Assembly (NCBI RefSeq): GCF_023055435.1
Contig: NW_025964024.1
Location: 1,984,001 to 2,048,000 of the forward strand
Direction of reading: 5' to 3'
Length of the DNA: 64,000 nucleotides
From: Haliotis rufescens
Lineage: Eukaryota
In this document: in pieces, positions 1-13,550 of the stretch
Layout: each line of letters opens with the position of its first letter
Numbering within the stretch: position 1 is the stretch's first letter
Position numbers and translations under genes: made by a program
Notes under the pieces: generated by a model
What the model was told of the DNA's origin: nothing
Database searches by the model: none
What the model saw: the letters and a program-made list of their open reading frames with translations, nothing else

Positions 1-1577
1 GCTGAGTGCGGCGTCAGACCACAAACAAGCTTCATCAGGATGGTGTTCATTAAATGATTTGGACACGTTGTGAGTGGATGTGGGTGGTGATGGAGCTGTT
101 AGGGAGGGTGGGGAAGTGGTAATAATTTATGAGAGTACCTCTGCGCGTTACAATTATATGGATTTATACATCGTGTATGATGAAAGTCTGCAATTTATAA
201 ACACACATTGATTATTCTATATCCCGTAAGCATAGCTCTTGTATAAACGTTATATTTCCACTCTTATCATCTGTTTCCAGATATAGGCATTTAGTTATGA
301 TCCCTGGTGAATTAGAAGAAAAAACGTAGATTTTTTTATGATAAATCTTAAATATTGAATGGGTTTCTGGTATGATGCGGTGGACGATATTGACATACTT
401 GATGACGTCACCTATTGGCGTCGACTATTTATTTCCAAAGATTAATAATGTTTGATAAAAGATGAATAATTATGATATCAATAATATCAATGAAAGGTGA
501 TCAGCCCACTTAACATATTTGTGTCATGCTGAGTGATCAGAGTTGAAATTGACCCTTAAAATACACGTTAATGCAGCTAAATAAATCAAATTTTCAAGTG
601 TAAACATTCTTTTGCCCGGCATGCTATTTTTGTAAAACGTGTCACGGAAGCATATACATGTATGTGTTATGTGTTATAATGTTTAGATATTACTGTGTCA
701 TGTACTTGCATACACCGCCAGTCTTTTTTGTCTTTTTTTTACGAAGAGGCATTTCCAGATTAAACTAAACCAAATGTAGTTTCATTGATTCCATATGAAA
801 ACAGCAGGAGAAAAAATATAATTATTTTAAAGAACTGTTTTCATTGACTAAGCGTTACTCTGGGAGATTCCAAGTTGAAAGAAGTACGCCATATCGTACA
901 GGCCACAACAGTGGGTCGATGTATAATTTGTTTGATAGTTTACCCTCAACGGCGTCAGTTATTGCACGTGTTATCAGCCATTGGTTTGTCAGATCTGATT
1001 ATTACCAGGGCACCACGACATGGCTGCGAATACAATAAAACACTCTCCCCAAACATCCATAACTGTCTCTGCGATTTCTCCCAATGACGCTACCTTTACT
1101 CTGAACTCAATTATTTTTCGGAATTTATTATCTTCCGAGTTAAATATAAAATATGTTATTAATACCATTTATACTCCTTATTTAAAGATAAACTAATACA
1201 TTTTAACTTAATTCACAACATAAACTATTATTGCATATAAGTGTTTACTTCTAAATCAAGATGACGCATTTGTATGTGTGACAAGTACGTTATCGCTGTC
1301 CTGCTGTAGATGCGCGAGATGGTAACAAAGTGACAATGAATCCCACACCAACAATTGTAGTGTTTTTTTCCACTTAAAAAGACGTAGAGCCAGGGCCTAA
1401 ATAAAAACAAAACTGCAATAATATATTTTCGGAATATCTTAGTCGAATGTTTAGTTCGAATGAATTAATTCAAATGAAACGCGCTGCATGAAATGTTTTC
1501 TCTTATTAAAACGTTCACAAGTTTCAGTTTATATTGCCTATGATTATTTCATGAATCAGATTAATTCGACTTTCGTT

Positions 1578-1817
1578 AAATAGTGGGTCGGTAGGGTTGT
1601 GAAATAGTGGGTCGGTATGGTTGTGAAATAGTGGGTCGGCAGGGTTGTGAAATAGTGGGTCGGCAGGGTTGTGAAATAGTGGGTCGGCAGGGTTGTGAAA
1701 TAGTGGGTCGGCAGGGTTGTGAAATAGTGGGTCGGTAGGGTTGTGAAATAGTGGGTCGGTAGGGTTGTGAAATAGTGGGTCGGCAGGGTTGTGAAATAGT
1801 GGGTCGGTAGGGTTGTG
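1578..1817. repeat. 24-bp minisatellite (AAATAGTGGGTCGGYAGGGTTGTG) x10
   Basis: Ten consecutive near-perfect units; they explain the repetitive ORFs 1524..1859 and 1576..1869. Confidence 0.97.
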
Positions 1818-2129
1818 GAATCCGTATATCAATTGGTAACAATGTATAAAACAACCCAAGTGAAAACACTCGTCCGGCCTGTTTCAGTAAATCTTCCTCA
1901 AAGATAAAACAAATTTCTCTTTTTCACCGATTTACACCTTTTATGAACAAAACCTATCTTTAAAAAACGGAACAGAAAGTCCCGTTACACACACAATTGT
2001 CTTTCCTTTCGGTCAGAATAATATGGTTTCAAAAAAATGCGACAAAAATGTTACATACTCATAAGAATTCTCTGCCAAAAGCAGAGTCGATTGTTCGATT
2101 CTGATTATATCATGAGCATGTGTTTATGA

Positions 2130-2530
2130 ATCAATATGATACCAGGTGTTCGCCCAAGGTGCCGTTCACCTGGTAAATACACGGAAACATAAGGTTGAAG
2201 TCAAAATAGGTAATTGCATCGGGCATCACTTCTGTCACTGACGCATCAAACTTGGAATGTCCTCCACATGTCTGCCATAAAGCTTTTTGAAGCTTTACTG
2301 AGGCGTTGAATATAACCCTGATCAAACAACTTTTGAACAAGAGTCTTATGGCGCTCTTTGGAATTTTCGTTGAAAGAGCATGCTTGAAAGGGCATGTAGG
2401 TGCTGGAATATTTCTCAATATAAAGGGGAGGTTTATTGTTTGAAAGTTGAAGTCATAGTTAGAAACATTTGTTGTCTCTCATGGAAGTCCTGTATTGACT
2501 GTGGAGATTCAGAATGATGACGACTATATG
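2130..2530 (-). mobile_element. Degenerate Penelope-like retroelement RT fragment
   Basis: Minus strand reads YDFNFQTINLPFILRNIPA, resembling the PLE RT C-terminal motif (DDFNFxIVNFPFLxSNIP). Similar to the fragment at ~28.6-28.9 kb. Confidence 0.6.
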
Positions 2531-3038
2531 CCCAGCACAGACTTGAGAGTCATCCCATTAACACGGATTCGACATTCATTGACATTTGAATAACGTGTGC
2601 ATAATTATTATCGATTAAAATGAAATATAAAAAAAACGCATATTTAACAAAATATAATGTAAGTTTATTCTGCACAGTATCAAAATAACAATAAAATTTT
2701 ATAACAATCAGGCACAAAATACATACCATTATATACATTCACAACTGATAAAACATCATGAAACTCATTTCCTCTAGAACGTCACGAAGAGAAGGTCAAT
2801 CTAGGCACTAGTTGGCAACTTTTACAGTTTATCGCTTTAAAGTGTTCATTGTGTAACGAAACCGCCGACGTCTACGACGCATCAGCCCATGAAACAACAC
2901 AACGTACTCACTGAACGCCTCGTTGTTGCTGGTTCGCCTTACACAGCTTGTGAATCAACGTCCTTGACGTTATTCAACGTCATCACTTTAGGACATTTTA
3001 CTCATAATAAAATAGCGTCTAATAAACGTACTCCAGTC

Positions 3039-3728
3039 TCAAGACTTCCATCCCTCCTTGGTATGACGGTGGGGTTGTGGGTGGGGGTGAGGCTTCACTT
3101 GACACTCGGGGCACGCACAGGGGAATCCCGGGACCCCAGGGGCCTGGAAAGCTGCTGTCGGCAGGGTGAGGTGTGGGTGGTGGTAGGGCGATGCTAACAC
3201 GTGGCGGGCGGGGTCCACCGTGGGGGTGAAGTGAGGGGGGATCCCGAGGGGTGGTGCACTTCTCTGCAGAGACAGGTCTTGAACGAGTTTCCTCATCTCC
3301 TCCAGTGAACGCGTCAACATCACGATGTAGTTCCTCGCAAGCAACAACGTCGACATCTTCGACAGCTTCTTCACCGTGGGGCCATGTGAGTATGGCATCA
3401 CTTGCCGCAGACTGTCTAACGCCGAGTTGAGGTCGTGCATTCGCTCACGTTCCCGGCTGTTGATGCGGAGACGAACATCCTCGGGAACACGTGACCTGGA
3501 TGCGTTCATGAAGGATTCATTCGACAGCGGCAGCGTCAAACCCTCCGCCTTCGCTTCCAACATCTCCAACGTGATATTGTGATCATACGCCGATCTGGTA
3601 GTCTTATCCGTGTTCATATCTTGATTGTGAAACTCCACGTCTATAGACGAGTCGGACAGATCGCCGGATCTATCCTCACTGGGTTCGAACCTGTCGACCG
3701 ACTGAGCAACAACCTTCGCAGAAGACAT
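3039..3728 (-). CDS. Olig: Olig-family bHLH transcription factor, single exon, 229 aa from the first ATG
   Basis: b[67 protein letters not shown] has Olig1/2/3-type residues (INSRER, MPY.HGP, LARNYI.ML), plus a C-terminal PCACPECQ like the Olig PCPCxxCQ motif. The ORF track starts at a TTG (3734); the first ATG is at 3728. Candidate AATAAA on minus at 2664-2669. Confidence 0.9.
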   Translation of the reverse strand: MSSAKVVAQSVDRFEPSEDRSGDLSDSSIDVEFHNQDMNTDKTTRSAYDHNITLEMLEAKAEGLTLPLSNESFMNASRSRVPEDVRLRINSRERERMHDLNSALDSLRQVMPYSHGPTVKKLSKMSTLLLARNYIVMLTRSLEEMRKLVQDLSLQRSAPPLGIPPHFTPTVDPARHVLASPYHHPHLTLPTAAFQAPGVPGFPCACPECQVKPHPHPQPHRHTKEGWKS

Positions 3729-3899
3729 GATCAAGATGTGTACAGTGGAGTCTCTAGCAGTGTTCTGACGGGGAAAACAGTCGGGACTGCTCTTATCTCC
3801 TCATTCGAAGCCTCCTAATGACCGGAACAATGGTCTCCCGTGATGCACCTCTCAATTCTGACTTCTTCACGGTCTCTTGATCTGATGCGCCAACGCGCC

Positions 3900-3907
3900 T
3901 TTTAAAA
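3900..3907 (-). promoter_or_regulatory. Possible TATA-like box of the Olig gene
   Basis: TTTTAAAA followed by GGCGCG on the minus strand, ~175 nt upstream of the ATG. Confidence 0.35.
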
Positions 3908-6278
3908 CTCGCATCATAATACCTGTCAATCGCAGATAATTGCTTCTCCCTCAGGCTGCAAACAAACCTGCACAATGGGCGCTCCCCAGTGCCTTCTGGG
4001 AGGCAACATGATCCAAGTACACCTCCCCCGTGAGAACAGCGATCCTTCCTTCACGGAATAACTAGACAATATTGATAAAGTCTGCACATATCACTTCGAA
4101 AATTGGCATTAATTATAACCAATATTCATAGACAGGCAAACTTGAGCCTGGGTGGCCGAGCGTCAAAAACGTCCAACGTCAGATCTAAATATCAATCTGT
4201 AGCCAGTTGATATCGAATTATTTGTATCGGAACAAGAGAGAAAAATAACAACCGGCTTCAGAGCAAGCGATAAATGAGCTTTAGAAATTCATACTGTAAA
4301 ACTGACTGACAAGTTGAGAAGAGAGCGAGTAACAGCACGTAGTGATCAACAAAACATGGTGGGATTTGCCGAACGGTTCCCACCCCAATCAATTTCATTG
4401 CTTTTTTGTGGATTTTGCCTTTGCACGTTTTATTGACTCAAATAAAAAATGTCTTAAAAAAAACAAATCTTGAGTGACAGATATATATTTGTGAACTTAT
4501 GAACTTATGAGTTATATAAAGACATTATTTATATATTTTCTGTACAGATTTGATTTCAGAACCATATCGGATGTGGTCAAAATATCCAAAAAAATGTTTC
4601 ATGTAGTTTTAAATAATCTCTTAAAATTGGGGATGGTCGTTAAATAAAAATGAATACGTGACAAGTCATTACATTTCTTCTCTTCACTCCGCCGTGATCT
4701 TGCTCGAATATTGCTAAAAGCGGCGTAAAACCATACTCATTCATTTCCCTTTACTTTGATGGGTTTTTTTTATTGATATGAGGTGTGAGGAGCAGAAAAC
4801 GTTTTTTAAAACAATCTAAGAAATGTCTCTCGTTAACGTGCCTCTTAATATAATATGTATTCCAAGCTTACTTTTATGTCGAGTGGTGTGTTCGTCGATG
4901 TACTCTTTAAGTATATGCATTATATGGTATGTCGAACCACGATGGTCACACATCTTTTATTGCACTGTAATAACAAGATTATTTTTAAAAGAGCCGCATA
5001 TATACTTAATATACTAAATTACTATAATATGACATTTGTAATTTTCCTTAAACATAATAACTAATTTTCACATCTTCAATGAGGGTTTTATATGGGTTTT
5101 TTCTGTTTTTCTTTTTTTATTAATGACTTTTATAAAAAAACGGAAATAGTGTTCCAAAATAATTATTCTATAAAAAATGTATTTTTACGATATTTTTCGT
5201 GTCGCATAAGCCAGTGATGGCTGGATAGTGTTTTATATTGTATTTTATATATTGGTTTATTTTTAGTGTACACTTGTGACACGTTCATAAACTATATCTT
5301 ATCTTATCGTATCTTACCAGTATAGGTGATGACGGGCATCTTCATCAGCTTCCTCATCACCCACCAGCTTCTCCTATTTCGGTTTTGGGGAATTACAGGT
5401 AAGATCAAATTTTAACGCTATTGAAGTTTCATGTTAGCTTATTAAATAAATACTTTGGTCATATACGTAGACATAACATACGATTTTATGTTAAATAATA
5501 ATTGGGAGATACGAATGATTCTCGTGTATGAGGGTTTACTATCAGAGTGTTTGTGTTCTTAACGTTAGACGGGGTGAGGTATGATAGTGTTAAAGCGGTT
5601 GGGTTTGGGTGGGGGGTGGGGGGTGGAAGGGTGCTGTAATCAGCTAGGGGTAGAACTGAGAAAACGAAAGTTTAAAGAAGGCGATTGGCAAAAGCAGAAG
5701 CCGAAACTGTCATCAATTTGTTTAAATCACAAAATCAGAATAAGATACGAACTGCGTGCTAAACTGTCAGTGTCAGCAAAGAAAAGACATCCGTCTAGTA
5801 AACAACACATGATGTTAAATCAATACCAAGGCGTAAGGTGACAATACATTCTAATATCCGTTGTCTACAAATATTGATAACATACCTCTATTCAGTATTA
5901 TATCTTCGCTAATTAGTTTGCCTTCTCTACGACATTCAACAGCCTACAAAGTTGCCGGGGGTGCTATCTGAACCTAAGAATCAGTTTTAGGGACAATGCC
6001 AACAGCATCGAGAAGTATGAGGGGACGGACAGATGGCCACCTACCCCCCAGGCTCTGTGACAGACATCACTGATCTATATCGCGTGCGGATGTTTAATTT
6101 CTGCGTGTGATGAGTTATTTAGTAACAGTTTATTTTTTTATAAGTAGGATGAAACAAATTAAAATGTTCTACTTACAGTAAGTAGCTATGTATTGAAGCG
6201 ATAGTTATGGTTACTTTTCTTTCTATTTGCTGTGATTTTATTGAAAGATTTTTTTATCTGAACAGTTATGCTGCGGAA

Positions 6279-6545
6279 GTTTGTTTGTTTGTTTGTTTGT
6301 TTGTTGTTTAACGCCGCATTCACCAATATCCCAGCTATATGACGGCGGTCTGTAAATAATCGAGTCTGGGCCAGAAAATCAAGTTATTGATATCATGAGC
6401 ATCGATCCACGATGCGATGACATGCATCAACCAAGTCCGCGAGCCTGGCCATCCGATCCCTTTAGTCGCCTCTTACGACAAGCATAGTCTCCTTTTACGG
6501 CAAGCATGGGTTGCTGAAGACCTATTCTATCCCGGATCTTCACGG
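6279..6545 (-). mobile_element. SINE family C (GTCGTAAGAGGCGACTAA core, CAAA-repeat tail)
   Basis: Homologous to copies at 29934-30086, 31200-31430, 53597-53748, 59142-59340 and 62001-62166; tail ...GCGGCGTTAAACAACAAACAAAC. Confidence 0.8.
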
Positions 6546-6720
6546 TCTCTTTTTTATGGAATCAAATAAGACATATTACAAAGTCAGGGATATATATTAA
6601 AATTCATGATTTCCTTGTAATTTACTTTACTTTATATCATATCATGTAAAAAAGGCAGTCACGTGTCAACTGCCGTGCAAAAGAAAGTATACACTTGAAA
6701 ATTGGATCTTACCAAACTAT

Positions 6721-7955
6721 TCAAGTTCAAGTTCATTTATTCTCAAAAACCACGTTTGGTGGTACAAGAGCATATAAAGTATACAAAGACAAATGAAAAA
6801 TTAAATAATACACAATGATGAAATGCAGAATTAATAAATACAAGATATTATACAAGATGGCTGGAGTTAAGATTCTTCTGTTCTTGTAAGAGATAATACC
6901 TTCGAGAGGTATTTTGATAGATTAAAAATTTCTTTGGCGCCTTTGGTTGTAAATAATTTAACAAAGTTTGGTATACTTGGATATTTTGTTATGAGAGATG
7001 GTAAGTACATTTTTCTTGCTCCACAGAGAGTTTTACAGTAAAATATGTAATGAAATTCATCAGCAATAAAAAAAGATTTACAAAGATTGCAAGTTCTCTC
7101 ACATCGTGGTAGGTTCTCCCAGCGGCCAGTTTCTATCGGTAGATTATGGTTAGATGTAATAAATCTTAGTAAAGGAATATAGAATCGCTTTGGAAAAGAT
7201 AGATATGCGTCATATAATGGATACGTCTTGAGATATTTACAATACAGTCCTTTTGAGCTCGAGGCAACATCATTTCTCCACTTTTGGATAAATTGATCTT
7301 TAAGTATTTGTTCCACCTGTGAAGCTAGCCATTGGGTAGTACATGAGCTCGGGCTATTGAATACATACGTCAAACCAGTTCCATCTAAAATGTCTTTAAC
7401 CTTTAACAACCTGGGTTTTTCTAGTTTTTCATTATTCAAGGTCAAGTAAATAAAGACAAGGTTTGAAAGTTTATTTACACCGTTATGGTAGGTTAATTTA
7501 TGCCAAAAGGAAATGAGACGTTTGTACATCTTTATCGTGATAGGGAATCTGCCGAGTTCACCATAGAGCATAAAACGAGGGGTCGAGTTCCTTAATCCTG
7601 TAACAAGTCGAAGAAATTTTAGGTGGATTTTTTCCAGATATTCAACATTTTCAAAACACCAAATTTCGGACCCATAAATTAGAATAGGTAATATCATTGT
7701 ATCAAAGGAATACAGTAAACAATCCAATGGCAAATCGATATTTCGTGATTTTTTCAACAGGCTGAACATAGCTTTTGTAGCACTATCAGCGAGATCTTTA
7801 ATACTTGTAACTAGTCTTCTATTCCTATGAAATGTTATGCCTAGGTAGTTATATGTGTCAACTATATCAAGTCTTTTGTTGTTATAATAAAAATTTAATT
7901 TTGATGTGTTTGCTGGTCCACTCTCAAAGATAAGAATTTTAGTTTTGTTTTCAAT
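6721..7955 (-). mobile_element. 5'-truncated non-LTR retrotransposon (RTE-X-like ORF2 C-terminus)
   Basis: The frame is open from ~7950 (KTKILIF...IVDTYNYLGI) through ORF 6867..7769, with YGSEIW, LYGELGRFP and HNLPIETGRW...CNLC...DEFHYIFYC. It ends in AATAAA plus a TGAACT-repeat tail. Confidence 0.85.
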
Positions 7956-9387
7956 ACGTTCCTTATCTGAAACACTGCATACTTCAGGCCCAAAACACAG
8001 CTATGATACCCGTATCAAATGCATCACCGTCGAACAACCAGTTCTTGATTATTTTCTCTATTTAGTCACCATCAAACATGGGTGTATAACCCCCTGTCCG
8101 GCAGTTTATTAGAAAAGTACTAAAGAAAGCATTTTGCGGGATAAAACCTGAAATGAATGATATATGTTTTCGATGTCACATTAACAGAGTCTTGTTTCTC
8201 GTCATAAAAAAACAGATTGATTACGTAGAGATAATGTTTATTTTATTGTAATGAATAATCTGACAACATGCCATTGCACAAGATGACACGCGAGTTATGT
8301 TATACATGCATGTGATCCACAGATTTTATGTTTAAATCAAATTGAAAACGAAGTTTATTTCTATAAAATACAGGGTCGGATGTTGATGAGAAACGAGATT
8401 ATTTTATGTGTTCTTATGTCGTATGATAAAGTGGAACACGAACAAAATAACATTTTGAAAAAAATGTATTGTCATAGAAGAAAATAACAATACTTGGTTT
8501 CTTTCAGACCGAATCAGAAAACACAACGTTAACAAAACCGATTAATTCTAAGACAGAAATTAGATTTTCTTAACTGAACTGAACCACATTTGTACTTAGG
8601 CCGAAAAGCGACAATAGAGATAATAAAAAGTGTTGATTATACAAAGCTATGAACACGAAAACAATGTTACAATCTCATAAACATGTAATTCATAAACAGA
8701 TATCGGATCAGGTTAACAACACAAATTCATAAAATTTGTGCAAACATTTATATATTCTTTCCAGGTTTAAACTATATCAATGACATGATTATTACACAAC
8801 ATAGATGCCAGTAGTTTTCTTCATGTTCCTAAATCGTGGATCTTTAAAAAGCAATTTTATTTTAAACGAGTTAGGTTTAATAAAATAATGTTAATATTTA
8901 TGAATCAGTTGTTTCATATTGTTTAACCCAGGTAGCATGTATCCAACTGGTGAACAATTGTTTCATCGCACCGCTATATTCAACAGTTATAATCACTGAA
9001 GCAATTGTTCTAATATCAGCCGCGGTAAGCGCTTTCAAAAATTCGTCGTTGATTTTCTACATTATTATACGTTTTGTACTGTTATCAACCTCTCTGTGTT
9101 AACGTTTATTAACAAACATGCAACATACAACGTTTCTATGTCTGTCGTCGTTTTCATAAAATCTTTCAGAATGTCATTTCGTTACTTTAAAATCGCCGGG
9201 CAAAAGAAAGTACACGCTTGAAAATTGAATTTGACCAAAATATTACAAACGCTATCAAAACGTTACTTGGCTGACAACATTCGCCGAAACACTGCAGATT
9301 TAAGGTCCAAAACACAACCATCACATATATCCCCTTCGAATGACAATTTCTTATTTGTCTCATTTTTAGACACCATCAAACATGGAG

Positions 9388-9559
9388 GAGTGAGTGAGTG
9401 AGTGAGTATGGTTTTACGCCGCTTTTAGCAATATTCCAGCAATATCACGGCGGGGGACACCAGAAATGGGCTTCACACATTGTACCCATGTCGGGAATCG
9501 AACCCGGGTCTTAGCCGTGACGTGCGAACGCTTTAACCACTAGGCTACCCGACCGCCCC
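9388..9559 (-). mobile_element. tRNA-derived SINE family A, full length
   Basis: A/B-box head, (CACT)n tail, 11-bp TSD CAAACATGGAG at 9377-9387 and 9560-9570. Confidence 0.92.
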
Positions 9560-11141
9560 CAAACATGGAGAAATACTTTCTTTTACCCGAAAGTTTAGTT
9601 CAAAACTGCCATAATCATATCTCACTTCGATTTTCCTTTGCCGACAGGCATGCATGACATAATGTCTGAATCCTGCCTGGATGAAAAGTGGTAGTGACTT
9701 GCTTGTCATCAGTGTGTTCTTAATAGTTTTCCCTTTCCTGATTCAAACACATTTTCACTTTGACATTTAACTGACATTAATGAAACGCCACTTGGAGACA
9801 GAGTTCATTTGGAAGAAAGGTACTTTACAAATGAATCAGAAAAGAAAATTCCATCGGTCAGGCAATTACATTGACCTTCTGGAACGTAGGCTAAGTGCGA
9901 CACGCATTCGTTCCTTAATACCAGCAGATTTACCTTAATTACCCGCTGACAAATGATAGGTTGTATTGCAGTGGTTTCCTGTTTAATTCCGAGGGAATTA
10001 AGTCGATTGTTAGGTTACGGCATGTGGAGTATCTGTATTAACCCTGTCCCCAGGTGGCGCTACGAGACAAACATATCCAGGACATACGGCGCGCGCACGT
10101 CAACAGATCTACACCAGGTACAGTAATTACCTGCTCGCGAGATTGGCCCGTTTACATCTGTTTGTCTGCCTCAGTGGGAGCGCCGCAACATGTCATCAAA
10201 ATGATTCTCGTAATTATAGTGCATGTATAATCGATACCTCCAGTAACGAGTTTCACTTTCACGGGTATTAGTTATTTGACGCCTCGGTGGCCCGGGACCC
10301 ACTTAGCCTTGACTTTTGCCCCGGGTCATGAGTCAGGGTCACGGTCACGGTCGTTCTCACACCTTTGGATCAGAACTCAATTTACTCTGTAATGAGGTGG
10401 TGATAGTATCGCGCCTCAACCAACTGGTCACCGAATGTTTGCTTAGATTAATATCTTACATCCACATGTCCACGGTCTTTCTTACTACAGATCTACCGAT
10501 GGACAGACTGAGAGGACGTTTGTGACTTAAGACAGGTAATTTGTGTCGGCCATTACAGAAGACGGGGAGAATGGGTCGTTGTTGACGTTGACGTAAGCAT
10601 CCTTGACACGGCTTGTGTCACACATCTTCCCTTGTGGGAACAGAGACGACCAACACGGTCCTAGCATCAGACATACACACAAAAGATTGCCGCGCCTCTG
10701 CTGTAAGTCGGCTGAACGTATGTCACACATGGCGTAAAGATTAGCAGTTGTCTAAAGCTGTCGTCTGCACCGTCGGGAGTTATCGTCTGCTTGCACGTGT
10801 ATTGCAGACGATATGGCGGGAGAGTTCATTGTCACCGCGGGGTGTTATTGATAAATCTTGGCACATGATGGTTAATCCGATTTGTAAACCGTTCTCCCTT
10901 TACTCATCTCCGTAAAACGCGCACTGCACCGAATCACATATTGTAGCGAACGTTCTGTAGCTTTAATTATCACTGTTCGAAAGTAAGTATATAAAGTTTA
11001 AATATATTCAGTTGACAGCAAAAACATGTGTGGTGTTTCAGCACTCCTCATCGAGATTCTCCAGTCAATTGGATTGTCTAGTCCAGACTTGATTATTTAC
11101 AGATCTAGGTGTTTGGCATGCCTACAAGGTCTGTGGTGTGT

Positions 11142-11315
11142 AGGGGCGGTCGGGTAGCCTAGTGGTTAAAGCGTTCGCTCGTCACGCCGAAGGCCCGGTT
11201 CGATTCCCGACATGGGTACAATGTGTGAAGCCCATTTCTGGTGCCCCCCGCCGTGAAATTGCTGGAATATTGCTAAAAGCGGCGTAAAACCATACTCACT
11301 CACTCCCTCACTCAC
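11142..11315 (+). mobile_element. tRNA-derived SINE family A, full length
   Basis: GGGGCGGTCGGGTAGCCTAGTGG...GGTTCGATTCCC...(CACT)n; 12-bp TSD TCTGTGGTGTGT. Confidence 0.92.
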
Positions 11316-11519
11316 TCTGTGGTGTGTCCAGATATGTGACACGGTAACCAGATTGTTTGTGTTGCATCCAGAGATTTGGTATTATGACTTGTTTTTGCTG
11401 CCATATATCTGTCATTTTGTTTAAACAAACTGTGACGGTGGCATTGTATCACGTTTTTGACATTGTATCTCGGTATCTAAAACAGAGTCGTAAATTTGAG
11501 TTTGAGGCGTTAAACGGTA

Positions 11520-11660
11520 TTTCAGTGTAAGTTTGGCGTATGAGGGAATCCGAAGTGATACAGGTCTTTTTAGACATGCGAAACATGATCAGGACGAAAC
11601 TGGGATTCGAACCCACGACCATAGGTTGCTGGTTGGCCTAACGGACGCAACTCTGCCCGC
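11520..11660 (-). mobile_element. Degenerate tRNA-like SINE (family D)
   Basis: B box CGTGGGTTCGAATCCC on minus; similar to 46685-46870 (+). Confidence 0.5.
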
Positions 11661-11957
11661 TTGAATCATAACAAAACCTGTTTGGTAATGTATGTATTAT
11701 TTGATATCATATCTCCGGTGTTTGGCATTACACATCGGTGTTTAGAACATTATTCATTCAGATAAACTGTGGCGATGTCGTACTAGCCAGTTTGACAGAT
11801 AATCACACAGTGAGGAACACTGGAATTGTCTGGCTTATAACAAGTTCATTTTGGCATTATTAACAGGATCTGTATGTTCTTGCTGTAAACAAACATGTTG
11901 GCGTTATCAAGAAGATTGGAAGCAATATATCCGGATTTTAAATCCCCACATGACGTG

Positions 11958-12613
11958 CACACACATAAAGATAGACAAACACACATACACACAAACTGTG
12001 AGCCAACACACACACACGCGCGCGCACATGCATGCATACAGACAGACAGACAGACAGACACATATATACACACGTACTCACACAGTGGACCAACACACAC
12101 ATCGTGAACATGCACATNNNNNNNNNNNNNNNNNNNNNNNNNNNNNNNNNNNNNNNNNNNNNNNNNNNNNNNNNNNNNNNNNNNNNNNNNNNNNNNNNNN
12201 NNNNNNNNNNNNNNNNNNNNNNNNNNNNNNNNNNNNNNNNNNNNNNNNNNNNNNNNNNNNNNNNNNNNNNNNNNNNNNNNNNNNNNNNNCACTGACAAAC
12301 AAGCATACAATCACACAGTCAAACACACATACACACACACCACAAACACGTATTTATACACACACGACAGACAAACACACATATTCAGACGCCACAGACA
12401 AACACACACACACATACACACACACTACAGGCAAAACACATACATACACACACCACAGACAAACAAACATACATACACACACCCCAGACAAACACACATA
12501 CATACACACACACCACAGACAAACACACATACACACACACACCACAAACACACATACACAAACACCACAGACGAACACACACATACACACACACCACAGA
12601 CAAGGACACACAA

Positions 12614-12656
<43 letters not shown>

Positions 12657-12690
12657 ATAGACAAACACATACACACTACACAGACAATAA
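11958..12690. repeat. CA-rich compound microsatellite containing an assembly gap (N 12118-12289)
   Basis: (CA)n and CACCACAGACAAA units are visible directly. Confidence 0.95.
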
Positions 12691-13104
12691 TTCAAGTGTA
12701 CATATGAAAGTAAATTAGGTCAACTCATAAATCGTCTGTAATCAACGAAAGCAGATAGCAAAAAATACATACAATGTCCTTCTGTGTAGGTGCTAGTGAA
12801 CAGTAACGGTTATGGCATGTTTTGATTGATGTGTAGCCTGCAAATATGAACAAACTTTGAGACAACCAACACAAATTGTATCCAAGTGCTAAAATCAACA
12901 CGACATAAAGTGTTGTGATCTCTTCCAAGCAAACAGTTCAACATTGCAGTGCCATCCCGGTCACAAAAGTTAAGAAAATAGTTTATATGTAGCACTGAAG
13001 AAAGTTTATCGCACATCTGATTTCCCTGTTGTATGAGTCCTCCACAGTCAATGATGACATGTTTTGTACAGTCCGGTACTATGGTGTGGCATAATTAAAC
13101 TATG

Positions 13105-13550
13105 AACCAACACACATCGTGAACATGCACACACTATGGACATGCACACGAGCACACACCTTGAACATACACACAGACACAAACACCACAGTCAAACACA
13201 CATAAATACACACACAGACACGCACACACACGCACACACACTTACCACAGACAACCACACATACACACACGCCGCAGACAAGCAAACACACAAACACACA
13301 CACCACAGAANNNNNNNNNNNNNNNNNNNNNNNNNNNNNNNNNNNNNNNNNNNNNNNNNNNNNNNNNNNNNNNNNNNNNNNNNNNNNNNNNNNNNNNNNN
13401 NNNNNNNNNNNNNNNNNNNNNNNNNNNNNNNNNNNNNNNNNNNNNNNNNNNNNNNNNNNNNNNNNNNNNNNNNNNNNNNNNNCACACACACCACAGGCAA
13501 ACACACACTACACAAACATAAACACACCACTGACAAATATAAACACACCA
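13105..13550. repeat. CA-rich compound microsatellite containing an assembly gap (N 13311-13482)
   Basis: Seen directly; same unit family as the neighbouring arrays. Confidence 0.93.

Noticed and set aside
1524-1869. Repetitive ORFs (DPLFHNP / QPCRPTIS)
   Set aside because: Products of the 24-bp minisatellite; no coding evidence.
6867-7769. 300-aa ORF as a host gene
   Set aside because: It is the C-terminal part of a LINE ORF2; the frame extends upstream to a 5' truncation and ends in a retrotransposon tail.
11142-11215. SINE heads as tRNA genes
   Set aside because: No proper acceptor stem; they continue into SINE body and tail and have TSDs.
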